A stretch of DNA of 41,519 nucleotides from Myxococcota bacterium (lineage in GTDB: Bacteria > Myxococcota_A > Bradymonadia > UBA4248): the NCBI GenBank assembly GCA_045597285.1, contig JAZODZ010000640.1, forward strand, positions 1 to 41,519, read 5' to 3'. The notes under the pieces are model-generated. The model was given only the letters and a program-made list of their open reading frames with translations, was not told the origin of the DNA and searched no databases. The position numbers were made by a program, and so were the translations under genes. Of the stretch, positions 32,858 through 41,336 are shown piece by piece (position 1 is the first letter of the stretch; each line of letters opens with the position of its first letter).

Positions 32858-35404
32858 TTACTTATCCAATTTCTTCAAATCATCGGCACAGAACCGAATC
32901 ATATCGCTCATAGATCGGACATATTCGAATGTCTTGGGTTCCACCACGTCGAGTTTTAATTTATCCACGGCGCGTTCCATGGCCTTGGCGTACTGGACGA
33001 GTGCCTCAAACCTCGATGACCATTTGGGGATGAACATCAAAGCCTGATCGCCGGCTTTGTTGATTTCCTCGAGTTTCTTCTTGAGCTGGGCGAGTTCTGA
33101 AGCAACGCATTCATTTTCGATCTGAAGCGAATTCATCTCGATGTTGGCTTTTTCATAATTCGCCTCGATTTCATCGCGTTGTTCTGCCAGTTCGGTGAGG
33201 TGCGCCTCTTTGAGTTCGTCGATTTCCTTTTGATGTGCCTCTTTAAGTTTGTCGATTTCGGCGGCATGATGTTCTTTCAATTGAGCCATAGCGCCATTGA
33301 GAATTTCGACAGTCTGCTGTGATTCTTCGAGTTGTTCGCGGACATCGGCGAGTTGTTCGCGAAGTTTATCGAGTTCAGCCGAGGAGACGGATGAAAGCGG
33401 TGCCTCATCCTTATTCTCTTCCTCTTCAAAGCTATCGACATCGGGAAGCTCGATGATTTCAGATTTGCCCGGTGCATTTTGGAAAGCATCGTCCACGACA
33501 TGGACTTCGTTGCTGGCGACATTGTTTTCAACCGGGACATCTGGCTTGACGTCTTCCGAAACCGCTTCAGCATTGGCTTTCGGAGCTTCGGAATCCATCG
33601 GGACATTGGCGTTATACTCGACGGCTTCACTTTGGGCGATGTCATTGGAGACATTTTCATCGGCGGCCGGGACTTCGGATGCGACTTTTTCATCGAGTTC
33701 GGCAACAGCCTGATCATCTGCCGGAATCTTTTCGACAGCAGGAATAGAAGCCGAAGACCCTCTCTGGACGACGGGGGTAGAACCGGAAGAGACCTGTCTT
33801 GAGACATCGGATGCGACATCGGAAGAGTCTTGTCTTGGCGCGAAACGCGCTCTGCCGGAGGGCATTCCCCGGCCACCGACAGCGCGATTGTAACCTGAGG
33901 CAACTGGCGCGGATGCGACGGGGACGGACGGACTCTGTTGTGAGGAAGATGCCGAAGATGCCGCCTCTCCACGTCCATGCATACCGGGACGGCCAGCTCT
34001 GCGGGCATTGCCTAACGAAGCTCTGCGATCTGAAGCTGCCGGTATTGCATCCAGTTTATCGATACTATCATTTTTATCATTCTTTTCGGCTTCGGCCGGA
34101 TTTGGATCGGGAGTTTGTATGGCTTCCGGTTCACTATAAGCGACATCACGGTTGTCAAGTTGAGGCTGAACTTCTTGCGGCACAACGGGTTCGGGGATGG
34201 CAGGTTCTGCACTGACGGGTTCAAAAGCCTGGCCCGACGGCATGGAAACCGGGGCAACCTGAGCGGGCATCCCGGGCATTCCTGGCATCATGTTCGGCAT
34301 TCCCGCTGGACTGGACGGCGTCGTGACGACGGCGACACTATTATTGTAGCCGGAAGGTCTGGCTACAGTCTGCATGGGCGTGGGCGCAACCGGCATAGCA
34401 GAGCCAGGCCCCATGCCGTTGGGATTGAAGCTGAGAGGGGCTGCGGCTGCATTGGCAACACCATTCATGCCGACAGGCGAAGCCAAATCGGACATCCGCA
34501 CGCGTTCCTGTGGTCTCTGGCCGCCCATGGATCCAGGATTAAATGTTGAAGGCGCTTCGGCAGAATCGGGGCCCGCAGGCAACGGCGCACGTGAAGGTGG
34601 CGCGACCATGCTACGTTGATTGACAGGGGGACGAAGTCCCATTGAACCAGGCGTAAAAGTTCTCGGTGCCGCTTCGGGAGAAAGCCCATTGGTCATCGTG
34701 GAAGCGATGGGGGAAGCAGACTGTTCTGCCGACTGAGCGGCCATCTGCTCCATGGCCACTTTAGCCATGTCCTCATCAAAAGCCGGTTGATTCGGCATCG
34801 TAGGCCGATAAGTACCACCAGAGGAGATGGGGCGCATACTGACGCTTCTCAGATCGGGCCCGACCGAAGAGTTCGACAGGTTGGGACTGAACATCTGAAG
34901 TTTTGGCGCTGCGAGTTTTGCCGCTGGGGGATTTGGTGCACGCGGCGGCATTCCGGCAGGTGAAGCGGCTATGCCGCTCATGGTCGCAGGCATCTGCGGA
35001 GGAGCCATCGGACGCTGTGGTGGCATCGGCGCGGCAGGCGGCATTGGCATGGATGAAGACATATTCACGCCATTGACAAGTCCCGCACCGGCAGGAGCGA
35101 GCGATCCGCGCCCGTCATCTACAAAGTCGACAACGATTTCACCAAAACGCAGTTTGTCACCAGGATGAATTTCCTGCTGCGAAACGCGCTGATTATTGAC
35201 ATAGCTGCCGTTGGAGCTTTTGAGATCGATCAGGAAGTAATGGCTATTCTGATAAATAATTTTTGCATGATACCGGGAAAGCGATTTTGCAGGAATCACC
35301 ACCATATTACCGGTATTGCGACCGATCGTAACCTCCGGCTGCTGATCGTTTACATCGACATAAAAGTTCTGATAATTCTCGTCGCGATATACGACACGAG
35401 CCAT
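32858..35404 (-). CDS. FHA-domain protein with a long Pro/Ala/Met/Ser-rich disordered region and a C-terminal coiled coil
   Basis: The start is at the ATG at 35404 after GAGGTGG. The FHA signature is GRNTGN..SLSRYHAKI..LIDLKSSNGSYVNN. About 600 aa are low complexity (PMPPAAPMPPQRPMAPPQMP, MPNMMPGMPGMP). The C-terminus has heptad-like E/K/L repeats. Confidence 0.8.
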   Translation of the reverse strand: MARVVYRDENYQNFYVDVNDQQPEVTIGRNTGNMVVIPAKSLSRYHAKIIYQNSHYFLIDLKSSNGSYVNNQRVSQQEIHPGDKLRFGEIVVDFVDDGRGSLAPAGAGLVNGVNMSSSMPMPPAAPMPPQRPMAPPQMPATMSGIAASPAGMPPRAPNPPAAKLAAPKLQMFSPNLSNSSVGPDLRSVSMRPISSGGTYRPTMPNQPAFDEDMAKVAMEQMAAQSAEQSASPIASTMTNGLSPEAAPRTFTPGSMGLRPPVNQRSMVAPPSRAPLPAGPDSAEAPSTFNPGSMGGQRPQERVRMSDLASPVGMNGVANAAAAPLSFNPNGMGPGSAMPVAPTPMQTVARPSGYNNSVAVVTTPSSPAGMPNMMPGMPGMPAQVAPVSMPSGQAFEPVSAEPAIPEPVVPQEVQPQLDNRDVAYSEPEAIQTPDPNPAEAEKNDKNDSIDKLDAIPAASDRRASLGNARRAGRPGMHGRGEAASSASSSQQSPSVPVASAPVASGYNRAVGGRGMPSGRARFAPRQDSSDVASDVSRQVSSGSTPVVQRGSSASIPAVEKIPADDQAVAELDEKVASEVPAADENVSNDIAQSEAVEYNANVPMDSEAPKANAEAVSEDVKPDVPVENNVASNEVHVVDDAFQNAPGKSEIIELPDVDSFEEEENKDEAPLSSVSSAELDKLREQLADVREQLEESQQTVEILNGAMAQLKEHHAAEIDKLKEAHQKEIDELKEAHLTELAEQRDEIEANYEKANIEMNSLQIENECVASELAQLKKKLEEINKAGDQALMFIPKWSSRFEALVQYAKAMERAVDKLKLDVVEPKTFEYVRSMSDMIRFCADDLKKLDK

Positions 35405-35515
35405 AGCCACCTCGCCATTTAACAAAGTAAAAAACCGCCCAAATGGACGCACAAGCGTCTAAAATACCATAATCGCCGGGAAGTGCCCAATAAATATTTA
35501 TTGATGGAGTTTAGG

Positions 35516-35536
35516 AATTAGCAATTAGCAATTAGA
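35516..35536 (-). repeat. Three contiguous heptamer direct repeats (AATTAGC on the + strand) upstream of the FHA gene
   Basis: The sequence is AATTAGC AATTAGC AATTAGA. It lies 112-132 nt upstream of the ATG at 35404. The position and period match the CCTGCCT heptamers of family U. Confidence 0.5.
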
Positions 35537-35548
35537 CCCGCATGGCAT

Positions 35549-35634
35549 ACGCAAAGTCATGCGACAACGAAGCCAGTAGGGCTTCACGCTTTGTAGTCCT
35601 CGGTTGGCGCGTATTGCTTACCGGGGGATCGAGG
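35549..35634 (+). repeat. Family-T two-hairpin repeat, copy 3
   Basis: ACGCAAAGTCATGCGACAACGAAGCCAGTAGGGCTTC..GTAGTCCTCGGTTGGCGCGTATTGCTTACCGGGGGATCGAGG aligns along its length with 518-602. Confidence 0.7.
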
Positions 35635-35777
35635 GAATCCATACACATTATTAACATTAACCCCGTAGTTTTTTTCCATGCAAAACGCATGTTTTCTCGG
35701 CGTTGCCGGGGGCTAGTTGCCAAAAGCTGAATAGTTACGAACAGTTACCTTAAGATTACAAAGATTTAACAAAAAAC

Positions 35778-35807
35778 TTGACTTTTGCATGAGACTGAGT
35801 GTAGTAA
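35778..35807 (+). promoter_or_regulatory. Candidate sigma-70 promoter for rplU-rpmA
   Basis: TTGACT at 35778-35783 is followed by TAGTAA at 18 nt (or GTAGTA at 17 nt). Two small hairpins (GCGCC/GGCGC and CCTGC/GCAGG) follow in the ~90-nt leader. Confidence 0.35.
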
Positions 35808-35896
35808 GCGCCGTCTTTTCGGGGCGCAAAAAAGTTGTGTCCTTCAATTCGGCCTGCGCGGGCAGGTATTTTGTTCCAGATTTTTGAGGTTAAGAA

Positions 35897-36193
35897 ATGT
35901 ACGCTGTGATTCGCACAGGTGGTAAGCAGTATCGCGTTGCACAGGACGATGTTCTGCGCGTTGAATCCCTGGATGCCGAAGTTGGCTCCTCTGTTAAATT
36001 TGAAGTCCTCGCCATTGGCGAAGGCGAAACTCTTCGTATTGGTCAGCCCGTTATCGAAGATGCAAACGTGACTGGTACAGTCGTTCGTCATGCACGTGCT
36101 CGCAAAGTTATCGTGTATAAATTCCGTCCGAAAAACTATTCCCGTAAGAAGGGTCATCGTCAGGCCTATACGGAAGTCCGCATTTCTCTGTAA
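35897..36193 (+). CDS. rplU: 50S ribosomal protein L21
   Basis: MYAVIRTGGKQYRV... is 98 aa. GAGGT precedes the ATG. Confidence 0.95.
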   Translation: MYAVIRTGGKQYRVAQDDVLRVESLDAEVGSSVKFEVLAIGEGETLRIGQPVIEDANVTGTVVRHARARKVIVYKFRPKNYSRKKGHRQAYTEVRISL

Positions 36194-36211
36194 TGCGTAG
36201 GAGAGTAAACA

Positions 36212-36475
36212 ATGGCTCATAAGAAAGGTCAAGGTTCCAGCCGTAACGGTCGTGACAGCAATCCGCAGTACCGCGGCGTGAAACTTTATGGTGGTCAGGG
36301 TTGCCGTGCCGGCAACATCATCGTTCGTCAGCGTGGCACGCAGATTCATCCGGGCAAAAATGTTGGCGTCGGCCGTGACTGGACGCTCTTTGCGCTCGTC
36401 GATGGTGTCGTCAGCTTCGAAACATACGGTCGTGGTCTGAAACGCGTCAGCGTTCTTCCCATTGCCGAAGGTTAA
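36212..36475 (+). CDS. rpmA: 50S ribosomal protein L27
   Basis: [24 protein letters not shown]... is 87 aa. Confidence 0.95.
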   Translation: MAHKKGQGSSRNGRDSNPQYRGVKLYGGQGCRAGNIIVRQRGTQIHPGKNVGVGRDWTLFALVDGVVSFETYGRGLKRVSVLPIAEG

Positions 36476-36518
36476 TATCGTTCCGAGGAGTTTTTCCATC
36501 TGAATGATGAGATTTTAA

Positions 36519-36562
36519 ACACAAAAAGTTTCGCGCTGGCGCGTTACTTTTTGTGTTTTTTT
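36519..36562 (+). terminator. Strong rho-independent terminator between rpmA and obg
   Basis: The long hairpin is ACACAAAAAGT..CGCG-CTGG-CGCG..ACTTTTTGTGT, followed by TTTTTTT. Confidence 0.7.
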
Positions 36563-36629
36563 GTGTCCAAACAGGGATCAAAATCAGGCCGCTCGTGGGA
36601 GAGGGGTAGAGTACGAACCAGAGGTATCC

Positions 36630-37700
36630 ATGCGATTCGTTGATGAAATTAAGATAGAAGCCACGGCAGGAAAAGGCGGTGACGGTGCCGCGACATTCCG
36701 GCGCGAGATGTATGTGCCTCAGGGCGGCCCCAATGGCGGCGACGGCGGCAAGGGCGGCGATGTCATTCTGGAAGGGGATGATGGATTTACGACGCTGAGC
36801 CATCTCCGTTACAAGCGCTTCTGGCACGCCAAGAACGGAATTCCCGGCGGCAAGAACAAGATGCACGGCAAGAATGGGGACGACTGCATTGTGAAAGTTC
36901 CCGTGGGGACGCTGATTTTTGATGCAGAGACGGAAGAGAATCTCGGCGACATCACGGCGCATGGCCAGCGCGTGATTGTGTGCAAAGGCGGCCGCGGCGG
37001 CCGTGGCAATCCGCACTTTGCGACCGCAACGAACCGTTCCCCGCATCTCGCCGAACGCGGCCGCAAGGGCGAATTTAAAGTCCTTCGCCTCGAGATGAAG
37101 CTGCTGGCCGATGTCGGTTTGCTTGGTTTTCCTAGCGTCGGCAAGTCCACATTCATATCGACGGTATCGAATGCGAAGCCGAAAATTGCCGATTACCCGT
37201 TCACGACGCTCATCCCGCATCTCGGCGTCGTGCCCGTGACGGAAGATTTTGCCTTTATCATCGCCGATGTCCCGGGACTGATCGTCGGTGCCAGCGAAGG
37301 AAAAGGCCTGGGGCTCGATTTTCTCAAACACCTCGAAAGAACGCGCATTTTAATCCATCTCGTCGAGGTGACGTGCCAGCTCGAAGGGGCCGAGACGGAT
37401 CGCGATCCCATCGAAGATTTCAAGAAGCTGAACGAGGAACTCAAATCGTTCAGTGCAGAACTCGCGGACAAAAAACAGATCGTCGTTCTGAGCAAGTGCG
37501 ACGAACCGTGGGTGGAAGCGGAAAAAGAACGACTCCGCGAGGCATTCACAGAGATGGGATATGAGTTTCATGCCATCAGCTGCCAGACGCACGGAGGCAT
37601 CCGGGAACTCGTGCTCTCGGTTGGCCGCCACATCAAGCAGGCGATCCGTGAGGAGCAGGAAGCTGCGCAGGAAAGTACCGCCATTCCTGAGGATTTTTGA
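36630..37700 (+). CDS. obg: GTPase Obg/CgtA
   Basis: It has MRFVDEIKIEATAGKGGDG and a Gly-rich Obg fold. GTPase motifs are G1 GFPSVGKST, G3 DVPGLI and G4 SKCD. The start is at the ATG at 36630 after GAGGT. Confidence 0.92.
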   Translation: MRFVDEIKIEATAGKGGDGAATFRREMYVPQGGPNGGDGGKGGDVILEGDDGFTTLSHLRYKRFWHAKNGIPGGKNKMHGKNGDDCIVKVPVGTLIFDAETEENLGDITAHGQRVIVCKGGRGGRGNPHFATATNRSPHLAERGRKGEFKVLRLEMKLLADVGLLGFPSVGKSTFISTVSNAKPKIADYPFTTLIPHLGVVPVTEDFAFIIADVPGLIVGASEGKGLGLDFLKHLERTRILIHLVEVTCQLEGAETDRDPIEDFKKLNEELKSFSAELADKKQIVVLSKCDEPWVEAEKERLREAFTEMGYEFHAISCQTHGGIRELVLSVGRHIKQAIREEQEAAQESTAIPEDF

Positions 37701-37708
37701 TTTTGGAT

Positions 37709-37790
37709 ACGGCGTGCCGGGAGGCGCGTACAGCGAGGCGGCGCGTATGCAATAGCGCCGCGTGCCGGGCGTATGCCAATAGCCCGGCAC
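37709..37790 (-). repeat. Family-H hairpin cluster (2-3 modules) directly after obg
   Basis: The modules are CGGCGC-GTATGCAATA-GCGCCG and GTGCCGGGC-GTATGCCAATA-GCCCGGCAC. An upstream partial direct copy GCGTGCCGGG is present. Confidence 0.75.
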
Positions 37791-37844
37791 AAAACAAAAA
37801 ACACGTTTTGCAAATGAACGATTTAGGGCTATGAATGGTTGCTG

Positions 37845-37863
37845 CCGATCACGGATCGGTTTT
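37845..37863 (+). terminator. Small hairpin plus T-run (weak terminator or leader structure) upstream of pfkA
   Basis: CCGATC-ACG-GATCGG is followed by TTTT. It lies 30 nt before the pfkA ATG. Confidence 0.25.
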
Positions 37864-37892
37864 CCTCAACCTTCATTTCAAAGTGAGAAAAA

Positions 37893-39233
37893 ATGTCCGA
37901 AACAATCGATTTCAGCATCGAATCGCTGGGGCCGTGCAAGATTTCGTCACCGGTCCATCTTTCGACCCGAATGAACGATCTCGTTGCCAACTATGTCGAT
38001 GACAACGACAAGATTATTTACAATATCGACCAGAAACTCGAGGCCGACGGCACGACTGTGAACGCGGCATTTGTCCGCGAACAGCTGATGGAAAAGGCCG
38101 GGCCGCGTGAAAAGATCTTTTTTGACCCGAAAAAAGTGTGTGCGGGCGTCGTGACTTGTGGCGGCCTGTGTCCGGGCCTGAACGACGTGATCCGATCGCT
38201 CGTCATGACGCTGTGGTACCAGTACGGCGTCAAGAACATCCTCGGCATTCCTTTCGGTTACTGCGGATTTCTGCCACAATACGGCTATGAGCCGGTAAAA
38301 CTGACGCCGACGTTGGTATCGTATATCCACCAGCATGGCGGAACCGTGCTCGGTTCTTCGCGCGGCGGGGCGGACACGATCGCCATCGTCGATGCCATCG
38401 AGCAGATGAACCTGAACATCCTGTTCACGATTGGCGGGGACGGCACGCAGCACGGTGCCTATAAGATTTATGAAGAGGCGACGCGCCGAGGGCGCAAGCT
38501 GTCCGTCATCGGCATTCCCAAGACGATCGACAACGACTTGAGCTTTATCCAGCGCTCGTTTGGATTTGAGACGGCGGTATCGCAGGCCGTTCGCGTCGTG
38601 GATGCGGCACACACCGAGGCTCGCGGAGCCATCAACGGGATCGGGCTCGTCAAGGTCATGGGGCGCGAATCCGGATTTATTGCGGCGAACACGGCACTGG
38701 CATCGAACGACGTCAACTACGTGCTGATTCCGGAAGTCCCGTTTGAGCTCGAAGGGCCGAACGGCCTTTGGGAAAACCTGAAAAAACGCCTGGCATCACG
38801 CCATCATGCGGTGATTCTCGTCGCCGAGGGTGCCGGTCAGAACCTGCTCAAGGCCTCGAATGCGGTCGATGCCTCGGGTAACAAGGTTTTGAACGACATC
38901 GGCGTTTTCCTTAAAAATAGAATCGGTGAACTGGCCAAACGCGACGGCGTGACGATCAACCTGAAATACATCGATCCGAGCTATATCATCCGCGGCAGCG
39001 AGGCGAATCCTAACGACTCGATTTACTGCTCACGGCTGGGGGCGAATGCCGTACATGCGGCGATGTGCGGAAAGACGGGCGTCCTGATGTCGATGGTCCA
39101 CGACCGCTATGTCCACGTGCCCATCAAGCTCTCGATTGGGCGGCGCAACGTCATCGATCCCGACGGCGACTTGTGGCGCGACGTGATTATCCAGACTGGA
39201 CAGCCGCCTCTCATGATCAACCATGAAACCTAA
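37893..39233 (+). CDS. pfkA: 6-phosphofructokinase (long, plant/trypanosome-like 'X' group; probably ATP-dependent)
   Basis: Motifs are GGLCPGLNDVIRS, TIGGDGT, IPKTIDNDL and MGRESG. GGDGT (Gly) is the ATP-type state while PKTIDND (Lys) is the PPi-type state. The phosphoryl donor is therefore inferred, not certain. Confidence 0.88.
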   Translation: MSETIDFSIESLGPCKISSPVHLSTRMNDLVANYVDDNDKIIYNIDQKLEADGTTVNAAFVREQLMEKAGPREKIFFDPKKVCAGVVTCGGLCPGLNDVIRSLVMTLWYQYGVKNILGIPFGYCGFLPQYGYEPVKLTPTLVSYIHQHGGTVLGSSRGGADTIAIVDAIEQMNLNILFTIGGDGTQHGAYKIYEEATRRGRKLSVIGIPKTIDNDLSFIQRSFGFETAVSQAVRVVDAAHTEARGAINGIGLVKVMGRESGFIAANTALASNDVNYVLIPEVPFELEGPNGLWENLKKRLASRHHAVILVAEGAGQNLLKASNAVDASGNKVLNDIGVFLKNRIGELAKRDGVTINLKYIDPSYIIRGSEANPNDSIYCSRLGANAVHAAMCGKTGVLMSMVHDRYVHVPIKLSIGRRNVIDPDGDLWRDVIIQTGQPPLMINHET

Positions 39234-39609
39234 GACTGTGGCAGAACGGGCATTTGACATTTCGGTCGAGGCGGCTTCGGTCGGCTTCGACTGGAATACG
39301 CCCGAAGATGTCATCGACAAGCTGCAGGAAGAACTCGACGAAATCCGCGAGGCCGTTCAGAACTGCGACGGCATCGCGCATGTTGCGGAAGAGGTCGGGG
39401 ATTTTTTCTTTGCGCTCATCAATTTCAACCGAAAGATGCACATCGATTCAGACCGCGCATTTCACGCGGGCGTCGATAAATTTGAGCGGCGTTTCCGCTC
39501 ACTCGAAACCATCATCCAGCAATCCGGACGAACACCCTCCGAGCTGACACAGGAAGAGCTCGAAAGCGTGTGGAAGAGCGTCAAAGAAGGAGAGAAAAAT
39601 GCCCGATAA
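39223..39609 (+). CDS. Single-domain MazG-like nucleotide pyrophosphohydrolase
   Basis: FDWNTPEDVIDKLQEELDEIREA...AEEVGDFFFALINF (the EExxE / ExxGD helices). The ATG overlaps the pfkA end by 11 nt. An in-frame GTG at 39238 is an alternative start. Confidence 0.7.
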   Translation: MKPKTVAERAFDISVEAASVGFDWNTPEDVIDKLQEELDEIREAVQNCDGIAHVAEEVGDFFFALINFNRKMHIDSDRAFHAGVDKFERRFRSLETIIQQSGRTPSELTQEELESVWKSVKEGEKNAR

Positions 39610-39925
39610 CGTATCGTCAATTCTGTCCGTTCTGATGAACCCGAATGCCATGGGGAATGCCCAGACGCTCATCGACGCGATGCTCACGATTCAGACGCAG
39701 CTTTCGGAAATCCAGGAAAATCAGCGCAAGATCATGAAGGCATTGCGGGATATGAAGATCGAACAGCGCAGCCGCCTGAGCGACTTGAAGAAGACGACGC
39801 AGGTTCTGATGGAAACCACGCACACGGCGCTGTCGGATAAGCTGACGGAGCTTCAGGACTCGGTCGATGAACAGCTCGACGATCCATTGATTCATCCCGA
39901 TCTCGATCTCGACATGTTCAAGTAG
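39599..39925 (+). CDS. Hypothetical 108-aa coiled-coil protein
   Basis: A strong RBS (AAGGAGAG) lies 5 nt before the ATG. The start overlaps the upstream stop by 11 nt. The predicted protein is helical and charged. I recognise no family. Confidence 0.55.
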   Translation: MPDNVSSILSVLMNPNAMGNAQTLIDAMLTIQTQLSEIQENQRKIMKALRDMKIEQRSRLSDLKKTTQVLMETTHTALSDKLTELQDSVDEQLDDPLIHPDLDLDMFK

Positions 39926-39934
39926 CATTCAAGT

Positions 39935-39957
39935 CCCCCTCTCTGTCGGAGAGGGGG
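39935..39957. repeat. Family-E-like hairpin between convergent genes
   Basis: CCCCCTCTC-TGTCG-GAGAGGGGG has a 9-bp stem and is followed by ATTGAGTGG (compare GGGGTGAGG in family E). No U-tract is present on either strand. Confidence 0.5.
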
Positions 39958-39980
39958 ATTGAGTGGCAAAACGTCTGGCA

Positions 39981-41336
39981 TTAACCGATGTAGTTCCAGT
40001 GCCAGCATTCCTTGCTGTAGCCCGAGAATTTATAGGTCTTGGCGTTGTTGCAGAGCCATTTGTAGAGCGGGGATGTATCGTTGTCGCGCTTGATGCCGGA
40101 AATATCGATAGCCTTTCCGCTCTGGTGGTTGCTGTAACCGGGTTTTGCGGCATAGGAAGTATTTGCATTCCAGTAGATATAGAGCTCGATCTGGCCGCTG
40201 CCGTTTGAACCGATACCCTTTGTCGTTCCCATATCGGTCATGCCGCGGAACGTGCTCGATGCCTTGATCGTATGGCCGGCCGCTTTGGCAGCCGTAATCA
40301 GTTTTTCGAATTGAGCCGCCGCGCTTGGGCACATCGCGCCGCCGCAGCTGAGTTTCGTCGTGCAGTTTTCATTGAGTTTTTTGCCGCTGGCGAAAGGAAT
40401 GGGTTCGCGAATGTCGTAAACGACGGGGGCACCGGAACGAATGGCCTTCCAGGTGGCAGGGCCGCAAATGCCGTCGACATCGATTTTGCCGCCGGAATCG
40501 CAGATGTTCCGGGAATACTGGTAATACATCAGATATTTCCACGTCGTGTTGCCGAAACTCGAATCGACTGTCATTGCCGATACACCGGAAGAAGCGAGGT
40601 ATTTGTTGAGGTAGAGCTGCAACGTCTTGACCGCTTCTTTGTTGCTTGAGCCTTTCTTGATGGTTTCGTTACCGGTATAAGTGGCGCCTGCCGGTGCGGA
40701 GCTGTCTGCCGATGACGGCGTTTCGGGATTCTGCGTGTTTTGGCCGGGATCGGTTGTGCTGCCGCCGCCCACCTTGATATAATCGCCGCATACCCAGCCC
40801 GTACCGCTTCCGTATTGGATTTGGTACCAACCATTCTTTTCGCCGATGATCGTGACGGAATCGCCACCATAGAGCTTGCCGATGACGTTTGTGCCGGAAG
40901 TGCCGACGCCATCGCGGACATTCAGGTAAGACGTGACATTGACGACGGTGCCGGTTTTGGTTTCGGTGGCAGGAGTTTCTGGCTGTGTTGGCGTCGTCGG
41001 TTCCTGTGTCTTGCCCGTGTAGTCGGTGCAGGCCTTGCTGATATAGCCATAATCGGTGGCATAGCTGATTTTAAGCCAGTCGCCGAGGTCTTCGTAAATC
41101 TGGATGGTCTTTCCCTTGGTCACGCCGCCGATGCGCTCGTAATTGGCTCCCGGGCCCTTGCGGACATTGGCGGATGCCGCGGTCACAGTTGCCGTGGCAA
41201 TCGGATCGGCCTGCTTAGACTTGCCGTTGTCCAGTGTTCCCGACGGCTTGAGGGGACACGTGTTTTCGACTTTTTTGATGCTGCTGGAACGAATCTGCCC
41301 CAATGACGTCGCCTTCGCGCTGAGTACCTTAGCCAT
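39981..41336 (-). CDS. Cell-wall hydrolase: 2x SH3b + PG-binding domain + M15 (VanY-like) D-Ala-D-Ala carboxypeptidase
   Basis: The start is at the ATG at 41336 after AGGAGG. SH3b motifs are ANVRKGPG..WLKISY and LNVRDGVG..WYQIQY. The PG_binding_1-like helix pair is VKTLQLYLNKYL. The M15 metal site is SNHQSGKAIDI plus ECWHW. I recognise no signal peptide. Confidence 0.8.
   Translation of the reverse strand: MAKVLSAKATSLGQIRSSSIKKVENTCPLKPSGTLDNGKSKQADPIATATVTAASANVRKGPGANYERIGGVTKGKTIQIYEDLGDWLKISYATDYGYISKACTDYTGKTQEPTTPTQPETPATETKTGTVVNVTSYLNVRDGVGTSGTNVIGKLYGGDSVTIIGEKNGWYQIQYGSGTGWVCGDYIKVGGGSTTDPGQNTQNPETPSSADSSAPAGATYTGNETIKKGSSNKEAVKTLQLYLNKYLASSGVSAMTVDSSFGNTTWKYLMYYQYSRNICDSGGKIDVDGICGPATWKAIRSGAPVVYDIREPIPFASGKKLNENCTTKLSCGGAMCPSAAAQFEKLITAAKAAGHTIKASSTFRGMTDMGTTKGIGSNGSGQIELYIYWNANTSYAAKPGYSNHQSGKAIDISGIKRDNDTSPLYKWLCNNAKTYKFSGYSKECWHWNYIG

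Noticed and set aside
39223-39925. MazG-like gene plus a small downstream ORF as a toxin-antitoxin pair.
   Set aside because: MazG here is the pyrophosphohydrolase fold, not MazF. Neither protein shows a toxin or antitoxin DNA-binding motif that I can recognise. The pair is embedded in a pfkA operon rather than forming a stand-alone bicistron.
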